From an uncultured Chloroflexia bacterium (GTDB taxonomy: Bacteria; Chloroflexota; Limnocylindria; Limnocylindrales; CSP1-4): a stretch of 64,000 nt of DNA. The stretch spans positions 590,878 to 654,877 of the forward strand of contig CAVRJP010000001.1 in the NCBI GenBank assembly GCA_963721765.1, in the 5' to 3' direction. Shown here piece by piece: positions 46,774 through 54,787 of the stretch. Position 1 is the first letter of the stretch; each line of letters opens with the position of its first letter. Under the pieces are notes generated by a model, which saw only the letters and a list, made by a program, of their open reading frames with translations, did not search any database and was not told the DNA's origin. The position numbers were made by a program, and so were the translations under genes.

Positions 46774-48387
46774 ATGGAATGGGCTGACGAGCTCGCGGCG
46801 AGGGTCTCGGGACCGCAGGTCGTCAACGACTCGAAGACCCCGTCCGGCACCGTCCACGTCGGCAGCCTGCGCGGTCCGGTGATCCTGGACGTCATCACCC
46901 GGGCGCTGCGCGCCGCCGGTCGCGAGACCACCCTCCTGTACGGGGTCGACGACCTCGATCCGATGGATGCCCAGGCGCTCCTGACGCCCGACGCGGTCGA
47001 GGCGTCGATGGGCGTGCCGCTCGCTCGCATTCGCGACCAGGAGCCGGACGGCCACGCCTCGTACGCGCGCCACCACGCGCAGCGCTTCATCGACACGTTC
47101 GCGGGGCTCGGCATCCATCCCGATCGCTACTACTGGATGAGCGAGCACTACGCCGCGGGCGACATGGACCCCTATATCCGGATCGCGCTCGATCGCGCGG
47201 AGATCGTCCGCGAGGTGTACCAGCGAGTCGCGAACGTCCGCCACCCGGACACCTGGCACCCGATCTCGGTGATCTGCCCGACCTGCGGCCGCGTGGGCAC
47301 CACCATCGTCACGAAGTGGGACGGGGAGAAGGTGTACTTCGAGTGCCGGCCCGACCTCGTCCAGTGGGCGAAGGGCTGCGGAGCGAGCGGGTGGGTCGAG
47401 CCGTATGGCGGCGCCGCGAAGCTGCCCTGGAACCTCGAGTGGGCGGCGCAGTGGTCGCTGTTCGGCGTGACGATCGAGCCGTGCGGCAAGGATCTCGCGA
47501 CGAAGGGCGGCTCGCGGGACCGCTCCGACGCGATCGCGCGTGAGGTGTTCGAGCGCGAGCCCCCGATCAACGTCCCGTACGAGTTCCTGAACCTCGGTGG
47601 CCGGAAGATGTCGACCTCGAAAGGTGTCGGCGCTTCCGCGACACGGATGACCGAGGTCGTGCCACCGGAGCAGCTGCGCCTGCTCTTCCTCCGACCTCGC
47701 CCGAACCAGGCGATCGAGTTCGATCCCGACGGCTCGGACGCCATCCCGCGCCTGTTCGACGAGTTCGACCGGCTCGGCTCGGCCGTCGCCGGGCGCGACG
47801 TGAAGGGCGAGCTGCCACCGGGGTTCGACGCGGTCTTCCGCTACTCGCTCCTCGATCCGACCGCGGACTGGGAAGCCGAGGCGGCCCGCTTCCGATTCCC
47901 GTTCTCCCACCTCACGACCCTGATCCAGATCCCCGGCGTCGACGTCTTCGCTGTGGCGGCCGTGGAGAAGGGGAGCGAGCTCGACGACGCCGAGCGCGCG
48001 TCGCTCGAGGAACGCATCCGGGCCGCGCGCGCGTGGCTCGACGCGTTCGCACCCGACGACGCCAAGATCGCGATCCAGCCGGACTTGCCCGAGGGCGCGG
48101 CGTCGCTGGACGCGGCGGATCGGGCGTTCCTCGCCGCGCTCGCGGAAGCTGCCGGCTCGCTCGTCGACCGGTCCCTCGCGTCCGACGGCGATGCGTGGCA
48201 GGGAGAGATCTTCGAGACCGCGACCGAGGCAGGGTTGAAGCCGGGTCGCGCGTTCCGGGCCCTGTACCTCGCGTTCCTCGGCCGGCCCAACGGGCCGCGC
48301 GCCGGCTGGCTGCTGGCGAAGCTCGAGCCGGAGTTCGTCCAGTCGCGCCTCCGCGAGGCGGCCGGGAGCCCCACACTTCCGGCATGA
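46774..48387 (+). CDS. lysK: class I lysine--tRNA ligase
   Basis: KTPSGTVHVGSLRG (HIGH-like) and KMSTSKG (KMSKS) motifs. ~537 aa, typical of archaeal-type LysRS. Confidence 0.9.
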   Translation: MEWADELAARVSGPQVVNDSKTPSGTVHVGSLRGPVILDVITRALRAAGRETTLLYGVDDLDPMDAQALLTPDAVEASMGVPLARIRDQEPDGHASYARHHAQRFIDTFAGLGIHPDRYYWMSEHYAAGDMDPYIRIALDRAEIVREVYQRVANVRHPDTWHPISVICPTCGRVGTTIVTKWDGEKVYFECRPDLVQWAKGCGASGWVEPYGGAAKLPWNLEWAAQWSLFGVTIEPCGKDLATKGGSRDRSDAIAREVFEREPPINVPYEFLNLGGRKMSTSKGVGASATRMTEVVPPEQLRLLFLRPRPNQAIEFDPDGSDAIPRLFDEFDRLGSAVAGRDVKGELPPGFDAVFRYSLLDPTADWEAEAARFRFPFSHLTTLIQIPGVDVFAVAAVEKGSELDDAERASLEERIRAARAWLDAFAPDDAKIAIQPDLPEGAASLDAADRAFLAALAEAAGSLVDRSLASDGDAWQGEIFETATEAGLKPGRAFRALYLAFLGRPNGPRAGWLLAKLEPEFVQSRLREAAGSPTLPA

Positions 48388-49724
48388 GCGTCGGCCTGCA
48401 GCGGCTCCGGGAGGAGCCGGACGCGATCCGGAAGGGCGCGGTCGACAAGGGGGAGGACCCCTCGCTCGTCGATGCCGCGCTCGCCGCGGACGCGCGCCGG
48501 CGCGGGCTCCAGGGCGAGGCCGACGGCCTGCGCGCGGAGCGGAACAACGCCTCGAAGCAGATCGGCGAGGCGATCAAAGGCGGGTCGAAGCCCGACGGGC
48601 CGGAGGTCGCCGAGCTTCGGGCGCGATCCACGGAGGTGAGCGCGCGACTCGCAGCGCTCGAGGCCGAGCTGACGTCGACCGAGGCCCAGGTCGAGGACCT
48701 GCTGCTCCGGATCCCGAACCCCGCCGAGCCGGACGTGCCGGTGGGCGGCGAGGAGGCGAACGTCACCGTCCGCACCTGGGGCGAGCTGCTGCCGCGCGTC
48801 CAGCCGATCGACGGCGAGGTCGGCGCCGACGCTCCCGCCGGCGTCGCCACGTGGGAGCGCAAGCCCCATTGGGAGATCGCGGAGCCGCTCGACATCATCG
48901 ACCTGCCCCGCGGCGCCAAGATCACGGGCTCGGGATTCCCGGTCTACAAGGGCTCGGGGGCCGCGCTCCAGCGCGCCCTGATCTCGTGGTTCCTCGACGT
49001 CCACACCCGCGAGAACGGCTTCACCGAGATCTGGCCGCCGGTCCTCATCAACCAGGCCTCGGCGCGCGGCACGGGCCAGATCCCGGACAAGGAAGACCAG
49101 ATGTACGTCGTCACCCGCGACGACCTGTACCTGGTCCCGACCGCCGAGGTGCCGGTCACGAACCTTCACCGCGACGAGATCCTCGAACCAACCGATCTCC
49201 CGATTCGCTACGCCGCCTACACGCCGTGCTTCCGGCGCGAGGCGGGCGCGGCCGGCAAGGACACGCGCGGCATCCTCCGCGTCCACCAGTTCGACAAGGT
49301 CGAGATGGTGCTCTTCGAGAAGCCCGAGTCGTCGCCCAACGCGCTCGAGTGGATGACCGGCCGCGCCGAGGACCTGCTCCAGCGACTCGGGCTCGCGTAT
49401 CGCGTCCTGCTCATGTCGACGCGGGAGATGGGCTTCGTCCAGTCTCGCAAGTACGACCTCGAGGTCTGGGCGCCCGGCGTCGAGCGCTGGCTCGAGGTGT
49501 CGTCCTGCTCGAACTTCCGCGACTACCAGGCGCGGCGGATGGCGATCAGATACCGGCCGGAACCGGGCGCGAAGCCCGAGCTCGTCCATACGCTGAACGG
49601 CTCGGGCCTGGCCCTCGCCCGGACGGTCGCCGCGATCATCGAGACCTATCAGGTCCGCGACGGCTCGATCCTCGTCCCGGAGGTGCTCAGGCCCTACCTG
49701 GGCAGGGATACCATCGGGCCGTGA
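48384..49724 (+). CDS. serS: serine--tRNA ligase
   Basis: Coiled-coil N-arm and class II motifs (FRREAGAAGKDTRGILRVHQF, TLNGSGLA). ATG 48384 overlaps the lysK stop (ATGA). Confidence 0.93.
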   Translation: MSVGLQRLREEPDAIRKGAVDKGEDPSLVDAALAADARRRGLQGEADGLRAERNNASKQIGEAIKGGSKPDGPEVAELRARSTEVSARLAALEAELTSTEAQVEDLLLRIPNPAEPDVPVGGEEANVTVRTWGELLPRVQPIDGEVGADAPAGVATWERKPHWEIAEPLDIIDLPRGAKITGSGFPVYKGSGAALQRALISWFLDVHTRENGFTEIWPPVLINQASARGTGQIPDKEDQMYVVTRDDLYLVPTAEVPVTNLHRDEILEPTDLPIRYAAYTPCFRREAGAAGKDTRGILRVHQFDKVEMVLFEKPESSPNALEWMTGRAEDLLQRLGLAYRVLLMSTREMGFVQSRKYDLEVWAPGVERWLEVSSCSNFRDYQARRMAIRYRPEPGAKPELVHTLNGSGLALARTVAAIIETYQVRDGSILVPEVLRPYLGRDTIGP

Positions 49725-49751
49725 CCGAGACGGGTTCGCCTTCGACCGACC

Positions 49752-50321
49752 ATGCCGGGAGCGGCCCCGTCGGGAGCGGCCCCGTCGGGAGCGGCCCCGC
49801 CGGGGCCGCCAGACGCGCTGCCAAGCGTGGCCTGGCAGGCGCCGCCGCCCGAGCCCGGCCCGGCGCCCGGGGTGGAGTTTGCGGGCTACGGCGCGAGGCT
49901 CGTCGCCTGGATCCTCGACGGTCTCATCCTTGCCCTGTCCTGGATCGTGCTCATCCTCGTGTTCGGTGGGGTCTTCGCGACGGGCGCCGGGATCGGTCCA
50001 CCCCGGTCGTATGGAGTGCTCGCGGCCGGCATCAGCATCCTCTTCCTGATCGCCCTGGTGGTGTACATCGCCTACTTCCCGTTCTTCTGGGCGCGCGGCG
50101 GTCAGACGCCCGGAATGCGCGTTGCCGGGATTCGGGTTGTCCGAGATGCGGACGGTCGACCGGTTGGCGGCGGTGCGGCAGTCCTCCGGCTGATCGGAAT
50201 TTGGGTTTCGGCGGCCGTCTTCTACATCGGCTTCATCTGGGTCTTCATCGACAAGCGCCGCCGCGGATGGCACGACCTGATCGCGGGCACAGTGGTGATC
50301 AAGGACGCGAGCAGACGCTGA
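49752..50321 (+). CDS. RDD family membrane protein
   Basis: YGARLVAWILDGLI...GQTPGMRVAGIRV...WHDLIAGTVV pattern. The 5' end carries a 15-nt x3 repeat (GAAPS x3). Confidence 0.75.
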   Translation: MPGAAPSGAAPSGAAPPGPPDALPSVAWQAPPPEPGPAPGVEFAGYGARLVAWILDGLILALSWIVLILVFGGVFATGAGIGPPRSYGVLAAGISILFLIALVVYIAYFPFFWARGGQTPGMRVAGIRVVRDADGRPVGGGAAVLRLIGIWVSAAVFYIGFIWVFIDKRRRGWHDLIAGTVVIKDASRR

Positions 50322-50326
50322 GGTCG

Positions 50327-50854
50327 ATGCCGTACGTCGGCGGGCGGGTCGAGATCATCCGCGCCGACATCACGACGCTCGACGTCGACGCAATCGTCAA
50401 TGCGGCGAACAGCTCGCTGCTTGGTGGTGGCGGTGTCGATGGGGCGATCCATCGGGCGGCGGGACTGCGGCTGCTCGAGGAGACGCGCACGCTCGGGGGT
50501 ACGCGACCGGGCACGGCCAAGCTGACCGCCGGCTACGACCTGCGAGCGCGCCACGTCATCCACGCCGTCGGACCCGTATGGCATGGTGGCGGCAGTGGAG
50601 AAGCGGACGTCCTGGCCTCGGCGTATCGCTCCAGTCTCGCCCTCGGCGAGGCTGCCGGCCTCCAGTCGATCGCGTTCCCGTCGATCTCCACCGGCATCTA
50701 CGGCTACCCGAAGGAGGCTGCGGCGCGCGTCGCCCACGGAACCGTCCGCGCCTGGCTCGAAGCCCACGAGCTCCCCCATACCGTCCTCTTCTGCGTCTTC
50801 AGCGACGCCGACCTCGAGCTGCATGACGCGATCGCGCGCGAGATCCACGCCTGA
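50327..50854 (+). CDS. macro domain protein (O-acetyl-ADP-ribose deacetylase-like)
   Basis: DITTLDVDAIVNAANSSLLGGGGVDGAIH and IAFPSISTGIYGYP motifs. Confidence 0.88.
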   Translation: MPYVGGRVEIIRADITTLDVDAIVNAANSSLLGGGGVDGAIHRAAGLRLLEETRTLGGTRPGTAKLTAGYDLRARHVIHAVGPVWHGGGSGEADVLASAYRSSLALGEAAGLQSIAFPSISTGIYGYPKEAAARVAHGTVRAWLEAHELPHTVLFCVFSDADLELHDAIAREIHA

Positions 50855-50890
50855 TCGGGACAGCGAGTGCCGGTTGCTATTCTCTCGGGC

Positions 50891-50976
50891 GGAGAGGTGC
50901 CGGAGCGGTTGAACGGTCCTGTCTTGAAAACAGGCGGACGCAAGTCCCGTGGGTTCGAATCCCACCCTCTCCGCCA
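50891..50976 (+). tRNA. tRNA-Ser (anticodon UGA), CCA encoded
   Basis: Hand fold. Acceptor GGAGAGG/CCTCTCC. Anticodon arm CCTGT-CTTGAAA-ACAGG. Long variable arm GGAC-GCAA-GTCC. T arm GTGGG-TTCGAAT-CCCAC. Discriminator G + CCA. Confidence 0.9.
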
Positions 50977-51004
50977 AAAGGATTTGAGCGGATTCGGACT
51001 CTTC

Positions 51005-51504
51005 GACCAATGGGAGCTCGAGGATGCGACCGAGCGGGCGCAGGCGCCGGTGCTCCGAATCGAGCACGCATTGCCTCCCTGGGTGGCTTTCCTGGTCGTC
51101 CCGCTATTCGCCTTAGCAAACGCCGGAGGGCGGTTGGACGTCGATATCGCGTCCAGGGTGCAACAGCCGATCACGCTTGGCGTGATCCTAGGGCTCATCA
51201 TCGGAACGCAGGTTGGCGTCACGTTCGGCGCTGCCGTGGTCGTGCGTCTCGGTTTCGCGTCACTGCCAGATGTCGTCCGATGGCGACTATCTACGGGGCA
51301 GCGTGGCTCGGAGGCATCGGCTTCACTATGAGTCTGTTCATCGCATCGCTTGCCTACGGAGACGCGTCGCCGGAGCTCGAGCTGGCAAAGGTCGGGGTCC
51401 TCGTGGCGACGGTGATTGCTGGCGTTGGAGGCTCCGCGAGTCTTCGTGGTGCGCCGTCCGCCGACGCGGGATCGCTACCCGCAACACAGGTGGCAAATGG
51501 GTGA
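51005..51504 (+). pseudogene. nhaA: Na+/H+ antiporter NhaA, C-terminal half only, also frameshifted (~51270-51285)
   Basis: RIEHALPPWVAFLVVPLFALANAG...LGVILGLIIG (ORF 50867..51331) continues as ATIYGAAWLGGIGFTMSLFIASLAYGD in ORF 51010..51504. The ~200 N-terminal residues are missing, and homology starts ~30 nt after the tRNA. Confidence 0.75.
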
Positions 51505-52276
51505 CGCCGGACCCGCCCGATACCCATCGAACGTGGACGCAATCAACGCGGAACGCCAGTCGCTGCTCGAACAGATCGACAGCGCCCTCGACGGCGTGAT
51601 GCTCTGGCTATCGGCGGCATGGATTGCACTCCTCGTTGTGGAGTTCGCGGGGGACGGGCTTCCACGCTCGCTCGAGGTTGCGGTCTGGGTCATCTGGGCG
51701 ATCTTCATCGGCGACTTTCTGCTCGAGTTCACGATCGCCCCGATCAAGACTCACTACCTCCGAACGCACTGGCTGACAGCCCTGTCCCTCGTGCTGCCGG
51801 CTTTCCGAATCCTCCGTCTCGCCTCCGCGCTGCGACTGCTTCGTGCCGGGCGCGTTGTTCGTGGCGTTGGCTTGCTGCGAGTGCTCACGGGCATCAACCG
51901 CGGATTGTCATCGCTCAGGGCTACGGCGGCGCGACGAGGTGTCGGTTACGTCATCACGGCAACGGCCTTGGTGATGGTCGTTGGTGCGGCCGGTATGGCG
52001 TTTTTCGAAACGCCGGCGTCGGTTGCTCGCGCCACGGACGTCGGAGCCGGATCGTCCGGCATTAGCGACTACGGAGACGCCTTCTGGTGGACGGCCTACG
52101 CGATGACGACCGGCGCTCCTCATACCCCACTCACGGGCGAGGGGCAGGTCCTTGGCTGGCTCCTCTCCCTCTTCGGCCTCGGCGTCTTCGGCTATCTAAC
52201 CGCCACGCTCGCGAGTCACTTCATCGAACGTGATCTCATCGACGTCCAAGAGGCGGACCATGGGGTGGAGCCCTAA
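51497..52276 (+). CDS. voltage-gated-type (6-TM) ion transport protein with non-canonical pore
   Basis: S4-like RILRLASALRLLRAGRVVRGVGLLR. The pore region FWWTAYAMTTGAPHTPLT replaces TVGYG. ATG 51497 overlaps the nhaA-fragment stop by 8 nt. Confidence 0.7.
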   Translation: MGDAGPARYPSNVDAINAERQSLLEQIDSALDGVMLWLSAAWIALLVVEFAGDGLPRSLEVAVWVIWAIFIGDFLLEFTIAPIKTHYLRTHWLTALSLVLPAFRILRLASALRLLRAGRVVRGVGLLRVLTGINRGLSSLRATAARRGVGYVITATALVMVVGAAGMAFFETPASVARATDVGAGSSGISDYGDAFWWTAYAMTTGAPHTPLTGEGQVLGWLLSLFGLGVFGYLTATLASHFIERDLIDVQEADHGVEP

Positions 52277-52597
52277 ATCGCAAGTCCGCCGCCTAGCAAG
52301 CTCGACGCGTCCGAGCTCGAGCCGCTCGGGTCGCCTTGCCGGATTGCTGATGCGGGCCGATCGGACATTGATCGGCTGAGCTTCCCTTGAGTCGACTAAC
52401 CTGAGAGTTGGCTGGCGACGAAGGATTCGAACCCATCAAAATCTCCCGATCCAGAGTCAGGTAGGCCGGCCCGAGGCCTGCCATCGAATCTGCCATCGAA
52501 TCACCGCTCGGAATCGATGACAACGGGCCGCGGTAGCTCGGCTGGACCGAGCGTGACTTCACATGCGACGGTGGGCCCACTCGGGGAGGGACCCAGA

Positions 52598-52652
52598 CTT
52601 GAAAACAGGCGGACGCAAGTCGCGTGGGTTCGAATCCCCACCCTCTCCGCCA
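52598..52652 (+). repeat. direct repeat of the tRNA-Ser 3' half (att-type remnant)
   Basis: CTTGAAAACAGGCGGACGCAAGTCgCGTGGGTTCGAATCCCcACCCTCTCCGCCA matches 50923-50976 with 1 mismatch and 1 inserted base. The 5' half of the tRNA is not duplicated. Confidence 0.85.
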
Positions 52653-53094
52653 TGCCTGCCTGATCCTGACCTCATTGCTCCTCGCCGGGTGCTACGTGCA
52701 GAACCCCGACCGATCGGAGCCGCGGTACTTCGAGTTCGTCTTCCCCGCCGAGGGCAACGTCGCAGCGTTGCCCTTCCAGGCCAGCGACCTGACCGGGAGG
52801 ATCGTCGGCGTCGAGGTCGACGACCGGACTCCGCCCATCCCAGGCCTCGCTGAGCCGTTCCTGGCCCCCCTGCCCGGCCGGCCGGATGCGCTCGTCGTTG
52901 CCTGGCCGGGAGGAACCTGCGATGAGCGCGCGGATCTCAACCTCGAGCTGGGCGGAGACCGGCGACCCGTCTTCACCCTCAAACTCCTCCCGGGCCCGCC
53001 CGAGTGCCAGGTCGAAAAGGTGCCTCGCCGGGTGGTCGTGCTGTTCGACGAGGTGGTGGTCGCGACCTCCTTCCGACTCGAGGTCGTGCAGTAG
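52624..53094 (+). CDS. hypothetical lipoprotein
   Basis: RHACLILTSLLLAGC lipobox signal peptide. The only in-frame start (GTG 52624) lies inside the tRNA remnant. Confidence 0.55.
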   Translation: MGSNPHPLRHACLILTSLLLAGCYVQNPDRSEPRYFEFVFPAEGNVAALPFQASDLTGRIVGVEVDDRTPPIPGLAEPFLAPLPGRPDALVVAWPGGTCDERADLNLELGGDRRPVFTLKLLPGPPECQVEKVPRRVVVLFDEVVVATSFRLEVVQ

Positions 53095-53234
53095 GCCGAC
53101 CAGGGTCGGTGCGCCGTCAACTCACCGCCACGTCCACCGGGTCGACCTTCGGCCCGGCCGTCGATCTTCCCCCCGGCAGATGCCGAGGACGCATCGGCCT
53201 TCGCCCTTGCGTTGTCGCGGCTACCCTCACGAGC

Positions 53235-53534
53235 GTGAGCCTGCCCTGTCCCCACTTCGCGACCGCAATGGGCGACTTGCCGCCGCCGGGAATCGAGTGC
53301 TCGGCGTGCATGGCGATGGGCAGCACGTGGGTCCACCTGCGGCAGTGCCTCGTCTGCGGGCAGACCGCTTGCTGCGACAACAGCCCGAACCGCCACGCGA
53401 CGGCGCACTCCGGCGCGACGGGGCACGCCCTGATCAGATCCGCGCAGCCGGGTGAGATCTGGGCGTGGTGCTACCCCGAGGAGGCGTTCTTCGTTCCCGG
53501 CGAGGACGGTGGCTGGGAGCTGTTCGAGGAGTAG
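53235..53534 (+). CDS. UBP-type zinc finger domain protein
   Basis: CSAC..W.HLRQCLVCGQTACCDNSPNRHATAHSGATGH pattern. GTG 53235 is in the frame of ORF 53004..53534. Confidence 0.75.
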   Translation: MSLPCPHFATAMGDLPPPGIECSACMAMGSTWVHLRQCLVCGQTACCDNSPNRHATAHSGATGHALIRSAQPGEIWAWCYPEEAFFVPGEDGGWELFEE

Positions 53535-53793
53535 GGAGCCCCTCTGTCGACAGGGGGACGAAGACCCGCCGGAAGTTGATGCGCCAGACCCTGCCGTTGA
53601 GACCCGAGGGGAATGCAAGGCATCGATCGAGCACGACGGAGCCAGCACCCCAACATCCTTCGCCCTCAACTCTTCTCGAGTCACGTTCAACCAGGGATGC
53701 GCTCGCCTCCATTGCCGTTGGCGGCGGCCACTCCGACTCCGTCAGGCTGGCCTACCACTCCCGTCAGGAATAGACGGCAGGATTGAGGCCGAT

Positions 53794-54738
53794 CTAGCCT
53801 CGGCGGCGAACCTCGGCCAGCAGCTCCGCGGCGTGCTCGGGTGACGCGAACGAGGCCTGCGTCCCGGGTCGGGTGACGCTGTCGGAGGCGCACGCGATGC
53901 CCAGTCGAACTGCCTGAAGCTCGTCGAGCCCTGCCGCCAGCCCGAATGCGAACGCGCCCACGAACGCATCCCCGGCGCCGGTCGTGTCGATCGCCTTCAC
54001 GGGGACGGCCGGCACGCGCTCAACCGTTCCTGACCGTGCAACGATGGCGGCACCACGCGACCCCAGCGTGATGACGAGCCGGCAGTCGACTCGTTCCGCG
54101 AACGCGACGGATGCCGCGTCATCCTCGGGGTCCAGTCGCTCGATGCCGGCCAGGATCGCGAACTCGGTCTCGTTCGGGATGAGCCAGTCGACGGTCGCGA
54201 GGAGCTCGGCGTCGAGGGTCGCGGCGGGCGCGGGATTCAGCACGGTCACCGCGCCGACCTCGCGCGCCACCCGGAAGGCAGCAGCCGTCACGCGCTGGGG
54301 GATCTCGAGCTGGCCGATTACGACCGCCACGTCTGCCATCGACCGGACGGCGTCGGCAGCCGCCTCGGGGTCGACCGCGTCGTTCGCGCCGGGCACCACG
54401 ATGATCCGGTTCGTGCCGTCGGGCTCTACCCAGATCGGCGCGACGCCGCTGGACCCGGGAACCCGCGCCACGTTCGATGCCTCGACGCCCTGCGACGCCA
54501 GGTTGTCGAACGTCATGTCGGCGTAGACGTCCTCGCCCAGCGCGCCGACCATCGAGACGCGCGCCCCGAGTCGGGCAGCCATGACGGCCTGGTTGGCACC
54601 CTTGCCACCGAAGCCCATCTGGAATTGCTCGCCGATGACGGTCTCACCTGCGCCGGGGACGCGCGACGTATAGGCGATGAGGTCGATGTTCAGGCTGCCG
54701 ACCACGGCGATGATCGGGCGATCGGATGCGTCGGTCAT
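53794..54738 (-). CDS. rbsK: ribokinase (PfkB family)
   Basis: VVGSLNIDL, GGKGANQAV and DTTGAGDAFVGAF motifs. ATG 54738 (MTDASDRPI) is preferred over the ORF-track start 54954. Confidence 0.85.
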   Translation of the reverse strand: MTDASDRPIIAVVGSLNIDLIAYTSRVPGAGETVIGEQFQMGFGGKGANQAVMAARLGARVSMVGALGEDVYADMTFDNLASQGVEASNVARVPGSSGVAPIWVEPDGTNRIIVVPGANDAVDPEAAADAVRSMADVAVVIGQLEIPQRVTAAAFRVAREVGAVTVLNPAPAATLDAELLATVDWLIPNETEFAILAGIERLDPEDDAASVAFAERVDCRLVITLGSRGAAIVARSGTVERVPAVPVKAIDTTGAGDAFVGAFAFGLAAGLDELQAVRLGIACASDSVTRPGTQASFASPEHAAELLAEVRRRG

Positions 54739-54787
54739 CGTGCCTATTGTCGAGGACGGCACCCGTACCCGGTGGGACGATCGGCGG

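Noticed and set aside
52409-52480. An intact minus-strand tRNA (Gln-like CUG anticodon arm plus a GGTTCGAATCC T-loop).
   Set aside because: The T-stem halves do not pair, no complementary 5' acceptor strand (TGGCGAC) exists upstream, and no D-arm was found. I kept it only as a tRNA-like fragment.
50977-52597. An active prophage or integrative element at tRNA-Ser.
   Set aside because: No integrase, excisionase or phage genes lie in or beside the bracketed segment. Its content is truncated or frameshifted transporter genes, so it is called a decayed remnant.
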